Assembly (NCBI RefSeq): GCF_964355755.1
Contig: NC_092673.1
Location: 8,742,001-8,806,000 of the forward strand
Direction: 5' to 3'
From: Antedon mediterranea
Lineage: Eukaryota; Animalia; Echinodermata
DNA: 64,000 bases
The translations under genes and the position numbers were made by a program. The notes under the pieces were generated by a model. It ran no database searches. It had not been told where the DNA came from and was given only the letters and a program-made list of their open reading frames with translations. Shown here piece after piece: positions 12,212 through 24,585 of the stretch (the stretch's first letter is position 1; every line of letters starts with the position of its first letter).

Positions 12212-13433
12212 ACTAGACTTGAACTCGTCACTTTGACGAGTTCGGGTTATCCGCGCAAACGCAACATGCAGATACTTTAAACTATATGAACCTCGACAAT
12301 TATTATGCCATCCTATGACATGAAATAAATATGTTTACAGTGCTGAATTGTACCTATTATGTAGCATATATCATACTACAGTATTTTACAGAATAAACTG
12401 TATATGTTATATACAGTGTAGCATAGACAAAATTACGAGACCCATCCTTTAAATCCAATTATTAACACGATGACGTCATCAAATCTACATAATATAAAGA
12501 TAACAATTTTAGAAGATAATTATCTAAATAATTACATTAAAACAAATTTGAAGAATTTTGGGCACGTAAAAGTGAGATGCGCTCTATTTAATGTGATGAG
12601 CAATAACGAAAGAGTAAAAAACCCTATATTTTACATTCGTGTGGCCATACGATGACGTTATAACATCCTAGGGGTAAAGATTCTGCATGAATTCATATCT
12701 ACAACATATCTACTTACATATACAATTTAAAAAATTGGGGGTCGTGGATGATCCTGAGGAGCTATAATAGATTCAAAATTGGCATTATTTTGACAATATT
12801 TTCAACTAAAACGCGCGCAAATGGTATAAATCAACGTGTTCGTATGACGTTATTTTAATTTCAAATGATGTCAATCTTTTTAAAATGACTAGGAAAGGTT
12901 GGAAAATCATAATTCAAGAGAAAAAAACATGATTTTTATGCTCCGTGCGCACCATATGCGTAAATTTGTTCGCGCGCGCGGGAATTTTTGACATGCTCAA
13001 AATGTCATGATCAGCGTAGAAAGTTGATTAGAAATTAATTTTGCGCATTTTGAAACTTTAAATGCGCGTGCGCGCGTAACTTCTTGTGAAACATGCCATT
13101 TTTAATCCATAGAAAGTTTGCCCTTGATATGACTTAAATTTTCACCAAGTGTCAATACAAAATGACTTTTGGTTTATAATCTATGACCAATCATTGAAAT
13201 TCATTAAATCGCGCGTAACTTACGCTACGCGACTCTAACGTCATATAACAAAGTTTCCTGCACATCTACAGCTACAGGTCAATCTTATGACAAAGTTATA
13301 CAAAGTTATGTCTACAAACATTTGAGATATAGCTGCAACAAAAATCCGGGAAAGAAAGAAGAATAAAGATGAAGAAAAAGAAACGTGACAATAACAAGGG
13401 TTATCCGCAACTTACTAGTTGCGGATAACCAAT
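12212..13433 (-). mobile_element. Helentron/HINE (DINE-1-like) non-autonomous element in 3' UTR of element B
   Basis: On -: 5' GGTTATCCGC followed by its inverted copy (13399-13430). 3' subterminal GCGGATAACC, then hairpin GAACTCGTCA-AAG-TGACGAGTTC and a CTAGT end, within T-runs. No TSD. Confidence 0.72.
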
Positions 13434-13516
13434 AAATGTAAAACGGAACTATTCTCTTTTCAAACTGAAAATTTCTGGGAAAACTGAAAACTTCTGGTTG
13501 TGGGTGAGCCAGGGGC

Positions 13517-14347
13517 TCAAAGGAGATCTCGACCGTTCTTTCATGTCAGATCAATGACCTGCATGGGGCTCCGGTCAAGCACCTGTCCCACGGCGACGGT
13601 GGTCGCCCACAACAGATGAGGTGCTCCGACTGGATATCCGGCAGGAGGATAGTCCGGTCCGTTGGACCCCATCAGCAGTCGCTGATCTTCGTTTGTGGTG
13701 ATGAAACGCAGGCCCTTGCGTTGATCGGCTGTAAAGCCCGTCACTCTGCTGGTCACACTAAAGTATGTCCTGGGGAAATGCCGGAGGTAAGCGGTTGCTA
13801 TGTCTTCCGTAGATGCGTAGTCTGCCAGAAGCAGCCGCTGTTCCTTCGAAACGCGACTTAGACGTAAGATGTCAAAGACGCGGTAGTAGCACTCCTTCCC
13901 AGTGACATCGCCTTGAATTCCAGTAATTTCCAGGCACAGGATGCGGTGGTGGCGGGCGTCCAAGCAACGACCCAACACCCTCTTTAGCAGCTGATCTGGT
14001 CTTGGCCATTGCATAGGCGGGGCCGAATGGTCCAATACCACTCTCCCGATTACTCGAACATCTCGAGATCGGGCTAAGGCCAGAAGCCTATCGAATTGGA
14101 TCGTTGTCGGCGAGTAGCCAGGAGCCACTCCCATGCCTACCATACAGCCGTTCCTCGCCAATCCGACAATCTCCCGCTCGGTGGGGTAAGTGGTTAGATC
14201 GGCAAATAGAGCAATCCCGCCTACCACTTCCACAGGCCGAGTTCCACTTTTCACCCACACCACTTGCACTACGTCCCAGAGGTCCGCCCGTCGAGAAAGT
14301 TGCAGGTCCCTCTGCAGCCGATCCAGATGGAAACAGGCGTGAAACAC
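13517..14347 (-). pseudogene. TatD-like TIM-barrel (metallo-hydrolase fold) accessory ORF of element B
   Basis: Colinear degenerate TatD motifs: VFHACFHLDRL (DxHxHLD), GMGVAP (GxHP), VIGRVVLDH (IGExGLD), YFSVT, RLLMGSNGPDY (RLLxETDxPY), C-terminal T*KNGRDLL (TxxNAxxLF) with a premature TGA at 13541. Confidence 0.72.
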
Positions 14348-14419
14348 TTTGGGCGCCGAACCAAGCGAGGCCGATGTTTCCTGCACAATCGGTGGCGCCG
14401 CCACTGATTTACCATCCTT

Positions 14420-14547
14420 AGGTGCCAGGGCAGGACAGATGGTGCAATATTCACACATGCACCGTGGTACCACACCTCGCAATAGTCACATTGTATCATA
14501 AATGAGCCGGCCCAGGGCTGGCGACATAAACAATCCTGCATCATCAT
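14420..14547 (-). pseudogene. PHD finger following integrase of element B (frameshifted)
   Basis: CLCRQPWAGSFMIQCDYCEVWYHGACVNI matches the C4HC3 PHD pattern; the last Cys pair is disrupted. Confidence 0.85.
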
Positions 14548-17500
14548 CTGTAGGTGAAGGAAAAGAAGGTAAATTAAAATAAGCCAGCCATTTAGGAAGT
14601 TGTCGATCCCGACAGGGCTTCAGCTTGTCATGATTTAAAACCACCGTCTTATTTCTCAGCTGCACCTGAAATAAACAAGAACTAATAACCTTACTAATAA
14701 TAATACCGGGCCCCTTCCAGGGGGGACACAGTTTCTTGCACTTCCCCGAGGGGTAGCGTTGTCAAGAACGTAGACTTTGTCCCCACATTGGTATGGACGT
14801 TCCAGTACTCGAAGATCATAGTCCCGTTTCATTCTCTTCTGAGTTTGCTTTAGCGTTTCCCTAGCGATGCCATGGGCATCCCAAATCGCTTTTACCAAAT
14901 CTACAATGTAGGTGGTGGCTTCCTGCTCATCAGTGGGCCGGCATTCTCCGAACATGAGATCAGCTGGTTAGTTAACCTCTCGGCCCAGCATCAGCATGTT
15001 TGGAGTAAAACAAGTTGAGCGGTTCACCGTGGCGCGTAGTGCACCAGCAATCTGCGGCAGATAGACATCCCAGTCTCGCTGTCTCTTCCCAACGAAGCAT
15101 CGTACAGCATCCATTAGTGTGCGATTAAATCGCTCTACTTGACCATTAGCCGCCGGTCGGTAGCTTGTCGTTCGGGTCTTGAGACGGGAGCGGGCTGATT
15201 TGAACCCATTTTGTGAATTGGTCGACCATCATCAAAATGTAGATGTTTCCCGGTTCAGTTTTTGGTAACGGGCCGAGGAAATCGATATTTACGCGGGCTG
15301 GAATTCGGTCGACCTTGGCAAGTGGCCTTCTTGCTACCATTACAAATATTGCAAGTCTGTACATACCTCTGTATATCCCCGCTCATACCATACCAGAAAA
15401 ACTTCTCCTTCAGTCGAAACTTGGTCCGGGCGACCCCTTGATGACCCGCCGATGGCAAATCATGATGTAGCTTGAGAGCTACGGCGTGTAGCTCCTTGGG
15501 CAACACAAGTAGTCGTCCGGTACCATCTGCTTGGTTGATGAACAGTATACCTGCTTCCTTGGCCTGTTCAGCCAGTAGTGTTTGGTGGCAACGCTGAAGA
15601 TAAACATCTGATTCTCGGAGGGTTCCCCATTCTGCAACCAGTCCAGAACAGGTGCCAAGTCAGGACCGCTCGTTTGATGTCGCCTTAGCTCGTCCAGTGA
15701 GTAACCCCAACACTCGGCTCCCTTCGGCCGTAGCTGTACTGCAGCCACTCGTCCACCGTCGTCCTGTAGAAAAGAAAACTGAATTGTACCATTAGTAGCA
15801 GTCCGTGATACCTTTATACTTACCTGTCCACCGGGGTCCCCTGGTAGGGTACCCTCCGGGTGGTCCACGGCTACCTGGTGTACGTGGGCTATGGCCACAA
15901 CGTTGTCTACTTCATCCTGGAACGCTGACCATCTTGCATTCGCTCGTTGACAGTACGAACAGCCCCCACAGGGAAGCACCTCAAGCGCAGGCCGTTTCGC
16001 AGTTTCTGGTCGGCGAGAAAGAGCATCGGCGTTGCCATGGTGTTGTCCTCGGCGGGGTTCAATCAGTAGGTGGTACTGGCTCAGCTCAATCCACCGAGCG
16101 AGTTGCCCCTGTGGTTGCTTGAAGTTGAGGAGCCCGGTCAGGCTGTTGTGATCGGTCTGCACTCTAAAAAGGTCTGCCTAGAAGGTAGTGCCTAAAATGC
16201 CTTGTCATGAACACAATTGCAAGCAACTCCTTGCGTGTAGTGCAATAGTTCCGTTGTTCATGAGTTAGACGGGCACTTGCATATGCAATTACCTTCTCTT
16301 TACCTTCTTGTACCTGGAGCAGCTCGCCTCCTAGCGCTTGATCTGAAGCATCGACATCCAGAATAAATTCATCAGTCCTGTTCGGCAAGGCGAGTAGAGA
16401 AGGTTGAACGAGAGCAGCTTTCAGGCCGGTGAACGCTTCAACGTTCATCATCCCAGTGAAACTTCACCTCTTTTTTAGTTATTTCATATAAAGGTGCAGC
16501 TAAACCAGCAAAGTTCTCAATGAACTCTCTATGGTAGTTAGCCAACCCCAAGAACTGCTGTACTTCTCTCAGATTGGTAGGTGTCGCCCAGTCCTAAACA
16601 ACCTTTATATCCGAATAGGACACCGCCACAGTATCCTCACCAACGATTCGCCCTAAAAATTCAACCTGTTTCTGAAAGAAAATACACTTTTTAGGTTTAA
16701 GTTTAAAGTTGTTAATACGAAATCGTTGCAGAACCTGAGAGAGGTTGCTGAGATGATCTTCCACGTCAATCCCCGGAGCACCAAACCATGGCACGGGAGA
16801 AAGTTGCAGGACAATTGGTACGGCCAAATGGCATTTTAACGAATTCATATAGGCCATGCTTGGTGATAAACGCTGTCTTCTTACGGTCTTCATCTTTCAT
16901 CCTAATCTGCCAGTACCCCCAAATCGCGTCCAGTTTAGAAAACCAGATATTCCCCAACAGTGTGTCAAGGCAATCACTAATCAGAGGTAATGGATACCCA
17001 TCTTTAGTAGTGATGTTGTTGAGAGCCCTATAGTCAATGCAAAAGCGCACAGAACCATCGCGCTTCCGGACCAACACAGGAGGTAATGCCCACTCGGACA
17101 TGGATGGTTGAATAACACCAGCCTCCAACAACTTCTTTATCTCCTTCCCTTCTTCCCCCGCAAAGCGCAGAGGAGTATGGCGGAGCCGTTGCCTGATTGG
17201 TGAGGCATCTCCAGTGTCGATGCTGTGTTCAATATCACCAAAGGTGCCAATGTCGAATTGATGAGTGGCGAAGACATCCTGGTAATCAACCAATAGCTTA
17301 GTGAGCGCATCAGTCTCTTCAATTGAGAGGTTAGATCTTAAAGAGTCCAACATGCCCACTAGGTGCACCGGCACCCCCTCGGGCTGGTTACCTTGGTTCG
17401 ACAAAGCATCATCGGTCGGAGTCGCCTCCGTCTTGAACACACTCACCCCTGCAGCTTCCTTCCCTTGCCGTACCTAATTGCCTACCCTTTTTCATAGTGA

Positions 17501-18228
17501 GGTAGTGGTCAGATGTGTTGATGACACAGATGCATGGCGCATCAGTGCGTAGATGTAAAGTTGCCGGTATCGCCACATCGTCAGTAGTTGAAACTGGCTC
17601 TATAAAGAAATCAGGCATAGACAAATTGTTAGTCACAAGTTTACATTTAACATGAGCGGCTGAGTGAAGAGGAATTACTCTCCGTTTAGCCACTGTTACC
17701 TGGACAACCTTAGGTTCCACCGGTGAATCCCCTCTTAGAGATATGGTACTGCCCCCAATTGCCAGAAGCAAATTTCCACAATCGATAACGGCTCCCTGTG
17801 GATGAAGAAAATCACCACCCAGGAGCATATCATCATTGATGGGGGCAACATAAAAGAATTCATGGTACTCTTTGGTTCCCAATGTAAACTATAGAGGCCC
17901 CACCCTCGAAACCTGGCATCGATGTCCCCCTCCCTGCCAAAGTAAAGGACAGGGTGGACACCACAGGTGGTGCTGGATCTAGACTTTTATAAACCTTATC
18001 GGATAGTATAGTAAATCCGTCAATTTTTGTACCATTTACAAAAGTAGTTGCAGGCAGCGCATTCAACGATTTTACCCTGTTGATAACAATCCGAGTTTGA
18101 TTCTCTTCAGTTTTGGTTGTCGTCGGTGTAGATGATTCAATCAGCCCTGAGCTAATTGTAGACGGCTCGATGATCGTCACAGGATCCGGTGCTACCTCCT
18201 CCGTATTTACAGGCTTAGGCTTGGCCAT
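14548..18228 (-). pseudogene. Degenerate pol of element B (PR-RT-RH-IN)
   Basis: Frameshifted fragments: RT (VRFCIDYRALN, SKLDAIWGYWQI, MPFG), RNase H (DASDQALG, TRKELLA, TDHNSL), integrase HHCC (HDLPSAGHQG..CNIC), core (IDFLGPL, VDQFTKW), GPY/F (WKGP...HDKLKP). Confidence 0.92.
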
Positions 18229-18229
18229 C

Positions 18230-20189
18230 GGGCCTAGCTTGGAGGTAGTTGACGAGCCATCTTCTTCCTGGCCAGCTTCCGGAACTGGGTTAGGTCGTCG
18301 GCCATCTGACCCAACCCCTAATCGTTTAACCGATCCTGCTCATTGCCACTAACCTGACGCAGACGGCTTGCTAATCTCGGACAATCCCTGCAGAAATGTC
18401 CCACCTCCTTATATTCAAAGCAAGCTACTTCGCTTGGTCACATGAAACGCATGAGCTGATCCAGTTGATTCCGCATGGCGGCAATCTCCGTGTTCGTCCC
18501 AGATTGGTGTTCAACGTCTGGAAATTACTCTCCACAGCGTCCAAATGGGCCTCCGTAGTAGGAGTATTGTTGGTGGGTGGCACCAATGTCACAGTTCGAG
18601 GCTGGTTCTGGCCGTCAGTAGGTGCGGGTTCCGGAGGAACCCGAGCTGGTGCTGGCCTCTGGAACGTTACACGGTTTCCCCTCATAGGCCTTCCTCGCAC
18701 CTGCTTAATGGACACCTCATCGCCACCTCATCAACCTCGTTATCGTCCTGGTCTTCTGAAGGTAGCTGAAAAGATAGTAGGGGTGCAAAAGAAGTACGGA
18801 CCATGGACCTAACATGAGGTTTCACGGTATCCTTAACCTTACTCTTACGTTTACTATAGTCCCCTATAACTATCATATTTTTCAAACTCCCTAATAGCTC
18901 TGGGGATACTAGAACAGTGCTTGTGCATGGCGTGCCTATCTACTTCTGCGTCCCTGCACCTAATACAAAACCTAACTACAGCCTGCTCCTGGATCCACTC
19001 CTTGGGTAAATCCTTAAACGCCTTTCTAGTCAGGGTTAGCACTCTATCTCCCCATTCCTCTATAGTCTCTCCCTCATATTGCGTAGCGGTCTCTAATTTA
19101 GCTTGGAGGACTGCGGGGAGCTAGTCCTCATTAAAGCGTCTGTTGAAAGCTTTAATGATTTGCCTAAAGCCCATATCAACATCCATTTCTATTAGATTCA
19201 CATAGAACTCAGCCACCGCTCCGTCTAAACACCAAGTAAGGACGTCCTTACTTTCACGGTTTATGAGTTCCTGCTCATCTATAAATGAAGCCAATCGTCG
19301 CTTTAAAAAAAGACCAGTTGTCTCCCCTACCCCTAAACGTTAGAGACCTAGTATCTTTTATTATGCATCCTTCTACGTTCTAAAAGACATTGTCGGCCTT
19401 CATAGTGCCTGGTTCTCGGGGTAGTCCTAAGACACTCCACTGCTGTCCTAGCCCATGCACTATGTCTATCAGACTCTCAACTCCTGCTAAGATCAGTATC
19501 AGTTACCATCTCTACTAAGGTCACTATCGCTGGTCGATGGAGATCGACAGCGAGCCCTAGTTTTAGACCTAGCGGTTTTAGATAGTCTCCTGGGGAGTCT
19601 TTCCTCCTCGTCCTCCCTAGAGCTAAAACACGAATCTAAGGTTATTGGAGATGGCTTTTTGATGTAGCTCCTCCGTTGTGTTGACCTACTCTTACTTCTA
19701 TCCTGGTCAGAACGCCCAGCGGAGGTGGACGGCATATAAGCCCTAAGCCCACCTTCGAGATGCCGAGGATCACTAGCAGGTCCTGCAGTATAATACGTAC
19801 CTGGTACGTCTAATAAAGGAGTAGCCTGGGGCGATGAGAGGACGTGATATCGACGACTATGGCCCCTGTCATTTTGCACCAGGTATGCCCCTTCCATATC
19901 TGCAGGTTGTGAGACCTGCGACCCCCTTCTGGCAGCTCACCAGAGGTGACACATTATCAATCATCTGGCCTACGCCTCCACCTAAACTCGGATTCGGTTG
20001 AAAATCCAGGTAGTCGACTAACCTGGCAGTACCGGCTACTCCGTGTATCTGGTGAATAATAGAAGACGTAGTATTGCCGTGGGTAGACCGCCATTTAATT
20101 ATTCTATTTGCTCGTTTCTTCCCTACATTAGGGACTCCATAAAGGTCTTGCACTGGGCAAAAGTTAACTAGAATCTTAATAGACAACAT
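18230..20189 (-). pseudogene. Degenerate gag of element B with N-terminal ComEA-like HhH motif
   Basis: N-terminal VNFCPVQDLYGVPNVGKKRANRIIKWRSTHG, then an SR-rich linker, capsid-like fragments, and a degenerate knuckle CFEYKEVGHFCRDC (~18380-18423). Confidence 0.78.
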
Positions 20190-21107
20190 GATCTCAAAAT
20201 GGTCTCTCTTCTATTGGGTTGTTATGCTTCTAAATCTAGTTACAGTGTATGACAGGAGTGTACGATACAAATTAAAATACTGCTAGACGTAATGAAAATT
20301 ACAGGCCCAACAGTATAGTCAAATATCGTCAATGCAGTACACACACACAATATTGCAAAATGACTGTTGGAGATACAAATATAATTAAAATATTTCACCA
20401 GCAAACCTGCAATGAAAAGCAACTAGATTATTTAAAAAGACCTCAATCAATCAATGAATCAATCAGATTTATATAGCGCCAGTATCCATAGTAATGTTCA
20501 AGGGCGCTTGACAAAAGTTAAGCAGGAAATGCCTCTGTGTAAAAATGGGTCGTCAATACAGTTAACAACACTTACCACTAAACCTTCCCCCGATGCAAAG
20601 AAAGGAGAGCGATAATGCCACTGTGAGGTTAACACAATATAATACGTACAGTCAGTATACTTTTTCAAGGTGAAAAACCTGACTAACGGACGAAAAGATG
20701 TTATCAATAAAAAAACAATCAAGATAAACATTAGTGGTGCCACTCAGTTCGCCGGCCACGCCTAGTATCCCACTAGGTGATACGGCTTAATAAACTGCCC
20801 ACTAATACTTCAACTATAGCCAAAAAATACAACTCCTGGTACGTATCGACTAACCCTGTCGATACGCTAATCAGTAAGTATCCAAATGCCACAATACTGC
20901 GTGATTAACTTTACCGGTATGTTATACCTTCAATAAATATACCAACTTCAATAAACTATTACAAATGCACCGTATGTACAATAAGTTAATAGGTTTCGGA
21001 GGACGAAATACCTCGCGATCGACCCAATCACGTTAACAATTCCCAGCAATCAAGGTTCCCGCCTCTCCAAAAAAAAAAATATTCCGAGCTTTTGCTCGCA
21101 GCGCCAA

Positions 21108-21404
21108 TGTTGTGATTTTCAGTCAGCACTCTGATGGTCTAATAAGTACAGCAACTAGGCTTACCTTATTAGTCCCGCTTTACTGTAATCACACAGTGTA
21201 GATGAGCAAGTCCAAGTCAATATATATAATCGGTATCTTCCGTCTTGTTTGCTTGGTTCCCTGTTTTGAATAGACCGGTTCGGGTGGCGTCGAGGTCCCA
21301 CATTAACATTTGCATACGCCCTATATGCAAATCAAGCTATCGGGGCGACGCCCTCGTTCGGTCGGAGGGGTGGTCTGTTTACCCAGCGGGCGCCGTTCAC
21401 AACA
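21108..21404 (-). repeat. 5' LTR of element B (297 bp)
   Basis: Matches the three left-LTR pieces with several substitutions and a ~24-bp indel; TG...CA ends. Confidence 0.92.
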
Positions 21405-21571
21405 ATATTTATACAGAGCCATATATATATATATTATTATTATAAATCCAAAGGCAAATTACTGAAAAAATGACAATGCTGTGGGTATCAGTGGCTGGAT
21501 CTCAATGGAGATACAAAAATAAAAAGCGAAAAGCTAAATCAAAACGATAAAGTAAACAGCCAGAAAAGTTA

Positions 21572-21608
21572 GCAGAGCTTTCGGGCAACACTAGCCCTTC
21601 ATCAGTGC
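21572..21608 (-). ncRNA. Minimal type I hammerhead ribozyme (Penelope-like element remnant)
   Basis: On -: GCA CTGATGA A GGGC-tagtgtt-GCCC GAAA GCTC TGC. Conserved core with stems I and II. Confidence 0.7.
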
Positions 21609-21634
21609 AGTGCAATATTATTATTATACAAATA

Positions 21635-21830
21635 ATAATATTTATGAGTGTAACGGAACAATCAGGGAGGTGTTTTCACCTCCCTGGAACAATTAATGGC
21701 ATGAGGTGAATGATGAACGGTTATATATCAACGAGGCAACAGCCGAGTTGATATATAACCTTTCATCATTCACCAAATGCCATTATTTGTACCATTACAC
21801 GAATATAAAACATTCATTGTTTTATATAAC
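21635..21830. repeat. Hairpin interspersed repeat (family copies at ~49630-49890)
   Basis: TAATGGCAT..GTGAATGATGAA.GGTTATAT inverted around GAGGC..AGCCGAG; recurs at 49630-49890. Confidence 0.65.
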
Positions 21831-24336
21831 AATAATATCTAAATAGATTCCTGTCATTTGAATCAAATAAAAGGTAGGCCTAGCCAAGGCCTACATTTGA
21901 TTCACATTGATTAAAACAGTAACATTTGGTTTTTAATACTTATATTAAAGCTTATTATTTATATGGATGATTTTATAAATGCACCTACTGTTAGTGTTAT
22001 TTATGTCAACAAACGACCAAACAATCCTAGGCCTAGCAAGGCTAAAACGCCTACTACTAGGCCTAGCTAGGCTGAAAGACAGCAATACGAAACTTCGACA
22101 GGCAAATGGAACTCATCTAGGCTAAAATTATGTTTTTTCCAGCGATTGTAGAGATGTTCCCATTAATTAATCAAAATCCTAAAAATGATCTAAGTTAATT
22201 TAAATGCCTTTTTGATCTAAATTAGTACATAATATTTCTCAAAAAATTTACTTCCATCGCTAAACCAGTCATAAAAATAACATTGGGCGACGAAAGTAAA
22301 AAATAGGTGTCGCTGTTGTATTTCAAAAGTAATAGAATAAAAAAAATATTTTCCAAACGCAAACAGATTTTTTTTTTCGTACACGAAAAAAAAGTACTAT
22401 TAAACGATCGTTATTAGTGCGTACTATTATTGCACGCCATGTGACCAAGAATCATCCAATCAAATAACAGGAATTTATTTAGGTGTTATATAAAAAGAGT
22501 TGTACTTGCGGCAACAAAATATTGCGCGTGCATGCGCTAGTACATTATAAAGTTTGATTGATTGATTTTGGAACAAAACATCCCATAACTACATCTTATA
22601 AATAACAATTACAGTATGTAATATTTTAAATTCATAATGCAGGGCTCGAAATCTACTTTTTTTTCGACTAGCAAACTTTGCTAGTTGTAAAAAATTTAAC
22701 TAGCAAAATCTGTAGCATAACTAGCAATCACAATTTTTTTGGTAAAATAGTTAAATTCTATAAAAAGCTGAATTTAGGTGTAGGCATAATATAGTTAGGT
22801 CAAGTTAGTAGTAGTAGTAGTATCTTTTTTACTCGACAACCGGATGCTTTTTTAGCCAAAGTAAAAAAAACGTTAAAATTATCAAAATTAAAGTGTTAAA
22901 CTTTTAAAATTTTAAGCAGAACAAAAGTGTATGTATAAAATATTATTGCCAATGACAAAACTGAGTTTTAAATTGTTTATATCCAGACGTAATTAAAACA
23001 TTACATTTAATTGCCACCGAGCAAAATTCTAGGCCCTAACTAATCCGTCCAGACTACTGCCACCCGCTTCACTCATCAGCCATGGCGTGTAAATGAAACA
23101 AATGATGTACCGTATATGTTTATTGTGTTTTTGAATAATTTTGTATATAATTTGCAATCAGAAAACAGTTTATTTGATCACTAAATAATTCTTTATTAAA
23201 TATTATTAATAAAATTTGTTAGTATTACCTTATAATAAGAGTAAAGATATAAGGAAGAATATCAAAGAGATTATGAAACAGCTGTTCAAGAATATACTGT
23301 TCAACACCAAGTATTGTAAATTTTAAATGTTAAAACTGTAGCCAATCTTGTCAAAGGTCAAGCGCCTTTAGCCTGTCACGTTTAGATATTCAATATTGAA
23401 CTTGACCTGACGTGATTTCACAATATCTTTATATGGTAGAGTGGATAGAAAATAATTAATTAATTTAAAAATTACCTTTAAAGTTGGTTTTGAACTGAAT
23501 TGATGGATGTGTAGGCCTACTGTTGTTTAAAAGTATGTTTGATAAAAGTTTAGAATGAAATACTTGCGTTCAATGTTCGTGATGTCTAGTTGTGTAGTGT
23601 GATAAGTGTATGATTAAAAGTGTATTGTACATTATACGTAGATCGAAAAATAACGTGGGTTATGGTAGATAGATATAAATAAGTAGTAAAACATCCAAAA
23701 TATATAGTTTGGTATTAATACTTTCATTAGTGTCCGCGCGCATCATCTAATTTCGACTAGCACCATGTGTACTTTTTTGTGTTTATTTCAAGTCCATAAG
23801 GAGCTGCAGTTTTATCATTCCAATACAGTACTAACTGCTAGTACTTAATTAATATGAAATTATATATGTCTCCAGAACCAGCCCCACCATGGCTGGAGCT
23901 GAACTAAGATAATTTCGAATCTAAAATAGCTGCTAGGTCCTCATAAATTGTGGACCTACCTTTTTGGTGGGGTACAGGACATACAAATAAAGAAGGAGGT
24001 GGGGATACAGGATTTCTAAAACGGGGAAGTGCTACTGTAATTAAGAGTGCACATGCATGATTATATTAATACAAATTATCATTTCTGGCTCTCAAGAGAT
24101 CTTCTCCAGTTTATTTAGATCTGGTTAGCTCTCTTGGTGCCAGACACTTTATACTGGTATAATAGAACTAAATGTTACCAATATTTACTATACTGTAGGC
24201 CTACTGTTGTAATAAAAAATTATGAAGAATATTTACTGTTTTAATAGCCTTTTCACTTCACTCAACATTACACTATTTTGTACCACATACACACTAATCC
24301 AATCAACAGTTCAATAATTTAATTGTAGCCAGTAAG

Positions 24337-24585
24337 ATGTGTGGAATTTGGGCAATATTTGGAAGTGAAGAAGATTTGCAAACACATTTTGAAAAGGCAT
24401 GCAAGATATCGCACCGTGGACCCGATTCATTCTGTATGCAAAATATTAATCATTTTACCAACTGCTTATTTGGGTTTCATCAACTTGCCATAATGGATGA
24501 TGCACTAGGAATGCAGCCAATGAGAATAAAGGAATTCCCTCATGTCATCATGATGTACAATGGTGAAATTTACAATTATAAGAAG
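24337..24585 (+). CDS. ASNS: ASNS-like coding exon 1
   Basis: MCGIWAIFG...YNYKK followed by GTAAG. Confidence 0.93.

Larger units (their letters stand above)
4107..21404 (-). mobile_element. Ty3/gypsy LTR retrotransposon B (decayed; HhH-gag, PR, RT, RH, IN-PHD, TatD-like ORF)
   Basis: LTRs read TGTTGTGATT...TTCACAACA on +. The 5' LTR is 21108-21404. The 3' LTR is split into 4107-4173, 6207-6283 and 11874-12013. 4-bp TSD ATAT at 4103-4106 and 21405-21408. PBS TGGCGCTGCGAGCA (-, ~21093-21106) resembles a tRNA-Ser 3' end. Fragmented gag/pol ORFs lie between. Confidence 0.93.

Noticed and set aside
13541-14482. Env glycoprotein or host TATDN gene
   Set aside because: No signal peptide, furin site or TM anchor. 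It is intronless, inside the LTR boundaries and highly diverged from host TATDN motifs.
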